Source: Gemmatimonas sp.
GTDB lineage: Bacteria; Gemmatimonadota; Gemmatimonadetes; Gemmatimonadales; Gemmatimonadaceae
Direction of reading: 5' to 3'
Assembly (NCBI GenBank): GCA_965279375.1
Contig: OZ257156.1
Coordinates: 4,640,001 to 4,704,000, forward strand
Length of the DNA stretch: 64,000 nt
The position numbers and the translations under genes were made by a program. Below, one piece after another: positions 61,409-64,000 of this stretch (position 1 is the stretch's first letter; each line of letters begins with the position of its first letter). The notes beneath the pieces are model-generated. The model was not told the origin of the DNA. It searched no databases and saw only the letters and a list, made by a program, of their open reading frames with translations.

Positions 61409-61553
61409 ACGCTAAACATCGTCTCCTGAGGCGCTCGGGTGAAGCGTCGATTCGCAGTCGGGGACATCCCGCGTGGCTGCTGCTATTGACAGCGCCGCGT
61501 CCAAGAGCGAAAAACCCTGCCACCGAGACCTCCTGCCCGCTCTCCCCCCCTCC

Positions 61554-63632
61554 GTGACTTCCCGCCTACTTCGCCTCCTCCCCTGGCTCGCCGTCGCTTT
61601 GCTCGGCGCGGGTGCCATCGCCGTCGTTGCGTTCACGCGCGGTGAGAAGATCAGTGCCGCATGGCTTCTTACCGCAGCCGTCTGCAGCTACCTGATCGCG
61701 TATCGGTTCTACAGCCGAATCATCGCGCTCGATGTGTTCAAGCTCGACCCCACGCGCTCGACGCCGGCGGAACGACTCGACGACGGTCGAGATTACGTGC
61801 CGACAAACAAGTGGATCGTCTTTGGTCACCACTTTGCAGCGATTGCCGGCCCCGGACCACTCGTTGGTCCCACACTCGCCGCGCAGTTCGGCTTTCTTCC
61901 CGGCGCGCTCTGGATCATCGTCGGCGTGGCGCTCGGTGGTGCCGTACAGGACTTCGTCATCCTCGCCTCGTCCATCCGACGCAACGGCAAGTCGCTCGGC
62001 CAGATGGCCAAGGAAGAAATCGGGACCGTGGCCGGTGCGACCGCGCTCGTGTCCATCCTCGGCATCATGGTCATCCTGATCTCGGTGCTCGCACTGATCG
62101 TCGTCAACGCGCTGCGCGACAGCCCGTGGGGCGTGGTGACCATCGGCCTGACGATTCCGATCGCCATGCTGATGGGCGTCTACCTGCGATGGATCCGACC
62201 GCACCGGGTGCTTGAGGCGACCGCGGGCGGCCTGGTGCTCCTGATGCTCTCGCTCTACGCCGGCAAGTGGGTGGCGGCGAACCCCGAGCTCGCGCCGATG
62301 TTCACGCTGAGCGGGCCGACGCTCGCCCTCTCGATCATGGTCTACGGCTTCGCGGCATCGGTGCTGCCCGTGTGGCTCCTGCTCGCGCCGCGCGACTACC
62401 TGAGCGCCTTCGTGAAGATCGCGGTGGTGTTGGCGCTGGGCGTTGGCATTCTTGTGGTGCTGCCGCCGATGGAAATGCCGGCCGTCACGCCGTTCATCAA
62501 CGGCACAGGCCCTGTCTTCTCCGGCAAGCTGTTCCCGTTCGTCTTCGTAACGATCGCTTGCGGTGCCATCTCGGGCTTCCACGCGCTCATCTCGTCGGGC
62601 ACCACGCCCAAGCTGCTCCGTCGCGAAAGTGATGCGCGCTTCGTGGGTTACGGCGCGATGCTGACCGAGTCGTTGGTAGCCACCATGGCACTCGTCGCAG
62701 CCTGCGTACTCACGCCGGGTGTCTACTTCGCGATCAATTCGCCGGCAGCCGTCATCGGCACGACGGCCGAGTCGGCGGCGGCGGCGATCAACAACTGGGG
62801 CTTCTTCACCGCGATTTCCGCGACCGAGCTGGAAACGCTCGCGCGTCAGGTCGGCGAAAGTTCGCTGCTCTCGCGCACGGGTGGCGCGCCCAGCTTGGCC
62901 GTCGGCATGGCGCATCTGTTCTCGAAGGCGCTGGGCGGCGAAGCCTCGATGGCGATCTGGTACCACTTCGCCATCATGTTCGAGGCGCTGTTCATCCTCA
63001 CCACGCTCGATGCCGGCACGCGCGTGGGTCGCTTCATGCTGCAGGACCTCCTCGGCAACATCTACAAGCCGTTGGGTCGCGTGTCGTGGTATCCCGCGGT
63101 GTTCCTCACCAGCGCGATGTTCGTGTCGATGTGGGGCTACTTCCTGTACCAGGGCGTGACCGATCCACTGGGCGGCATCAACTCGCTCTGGCCGCTGTTC
63201 GGTATTTCCAACCAGCTGCTGGCCACGGTCGCGCTCTGCGTGGGAACGACGGTGTTCATCAAGATGGGCAAGGCCAAGTACGCCTGGATGACACTGCTGC
63301 CGATGTCGTGGCTGGCAATCGTCACGATGACCGCGGGCACGCTCAAGATCTTCTCCCCCGACCCGAAGCTGGGCTTCTTGTCGCACGCGCGGCTGGTGGA
63401 GTCGCAGATCGCGAGCGGTACGCTGCCCAAGGCGATCAAGTCGGTGGAGGCGGCCCAGCGGATCATCTTCAACGACCGTCTCGACACTGGTGTGGCGGCC
63501 TTCTTCCTGATCTCGGTGATCGTGATCCTGGCCGCCTCGATCCGCGAGTGGCTGGCCGTGCTCAACGGCCGCAAGCCGATGGTGAGCAGCGAATCGCCGT
63601 ACGTGGCCACGAAGCTGGTCGGCGAGGGATAA
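61554..63632 (+). CDS. cstA: Carbon starvation protein A family transporter
   Basis: [65 protein letters not shown] start estimated. Confidence 0.94.
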   Translation: MTSRLLRLLPWLAVALLGAGAIAVVAFTRGEKISAAWLLTAAVCSYLIAYRFYSRIIALDVFKLDPTRSTPAERLDDGRDYVPTNKWIVFGHHFAAIAGPGPLVGPTLAAQFGFLPGALWIIVGVALGGAVQDFVILASSIRRNGKSLGQMAKEEIGTVAGATALVSILGIMVILISVLALIVVNALRDSPWGVVTIGLTIPIAMLMGVYLRWIRPHRVLEATAGGLVLLMLSLYAGKWVAANPELAPMFTLSGPTLALSIMVYGFAASVLPVWLLLAPRDYLSAFVKIAVVLALGVGILVVLPPMEMPAVTPFINGTGPVFSGKLFPFVFVTIACGAISGFHALISSGTTPKLLRRESDARFVGYGAMLTESLVATMALVAACVLTPGVYFAINSPAAVIGTTAESAAAAINNWGFFTAISATELETLARQVGESSLLSRTGGAPSLAVGMAHLFSKALGGEASMAIWYHFAIMFEALFILTTLDAGTRVGRFMLQDLLGNIYKPLGRVSWYPAVFLTSAMFVSMWGYFLYQGVTDPLGGINSLWPLFGISNQLLATVALCVGTTVFIKMGKAKYAWMTLLPMSWLAIVTMTAGTLKIFSPDPKLGFLSHARLVESQIASGTLPKAIKSVEAAQRIIFNDRLDTGVAAFFLISVIVILAASIREWLAVLNGRKPMVSSESPYVATKLVGEG

Positions 63633-63640
63633 CCTCTGAG

Positions 63641-63697
63641 GCAGTCGCACCGAGCAAGCCCGGCCGAGCAGTCGCACCGAGCAAGCCCGGCCGAGCA
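63641..63697 (+). repeat. 27-bp tandem duplication upstream of and within the cstA terminator
   Basis: GCAGTCGCACCGAGCAAGCCCGGCCGA x2 (63641-63667, 63668-63694). Confidence 0.9.
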
Positions 63698-63714
63698 ATC
63701 GGCCGGGCTTTTTT
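63683..63714 (+). terminator. Intrinsic terminator of cstA
   Basis: AAGCCCGGCCGA-GCAA-TCGGCCGGGCTT followed by TTTT. Confidence 0.85.
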
Positions 63715-63735
63715 CGTCCCAGCTGCAGATTTTAC

Positions 63736-63791
63736 TTGACGATTCAGGGCAAGATGTAAACGTTTACACGTCGCGCATGTAACCGTTTCCA
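63736..63791 (+). promoter_or_regulatory. LacI-type operators with a possible -35
   Basis: Perfect palindrome TGTAAACGTTTACA (63755-63768), degenerate TGTAACCGTTTCCA (63778-63791), TTGACG at 63736. Confidence 0.75.
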
Positions 63792-63851
63792 TTCGTCCCG
63801 GATTCAGGCGCGAATCCCTTCCCTCCTCGCCGACTCTTGCCTACCGGTCGA

Positions 63852-64000
63852 GTGCCTCGCGTCCCATCCATCACCATCCGTGACGTCGCCCGCGAAGCCG
63901 GGGTGTCGGTCGCGACGGTGTCGCGCGCGCTCAATGATCTGGAGCGCGTGACCGACGATACACGGGCGCGGGTGCGCGTCGTGGCGGATCGGCTGGGATA
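63852..64000 (+). CDS. LacI-family transcriptional regulator (partial, runs off window end)
   Basis: Manual translation from [34 protein letters not shown]...TR.RV, the LacI HTH. Confidence 0.93.
   Translation, partial: MPRVPSITIRDVAREAGVSVATVSRALNDLERVTDDTRARVRVVADRLG

Overview
High-GC bacterial chromosomal window. Gene style and content suggest Gemmatimonadota, but this is inference only. About 46 CDS are supported, and no rRNA, tRNA, CRISPR, integrase or transposase was seen. Most genes are housekeeping or metabolic: apbC/mrp, nrnA-like DHH, guaB, gpmI, queD, dacB, moeA, kduI, an addB/addA pair, an acyl-CoA dehydrogenase with etfBA and a FadF-like Fe-S oxidoreductase, an IDH/IPMDH-family dehydrogenase, cstA and a partial LacI regulator. 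The most notable feature is a ~6.4 kb two-gene cassette (47.5-53.7 kb) encoding an LCAT-like lipase translationally coupled to a caspase-STAND NTPase-TPR protein. It is flanked by a ~103 bp imperfect direct repeat of the 3' end of a transglutaminase gene, which looks like an integration scar around a candidate protease-activated defence system. The host gene ends a transglutaminase/amidoligase + circularly permuted ATP-grasp + alpha-E operon and carries a catalytically degenerate Ntn amidotransferase domain. Also notable are a four-gene peptidoglycan-remodelling cluster (pseudo-LDT, LDT and two EF-hand-bearing M15A peptidases) and an unexplained ~365 bp tandem/inverted-repeat element with a long hairpin at 59.15-59.52 kb. 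All calls come from motif recognition by eye; no searches were run.
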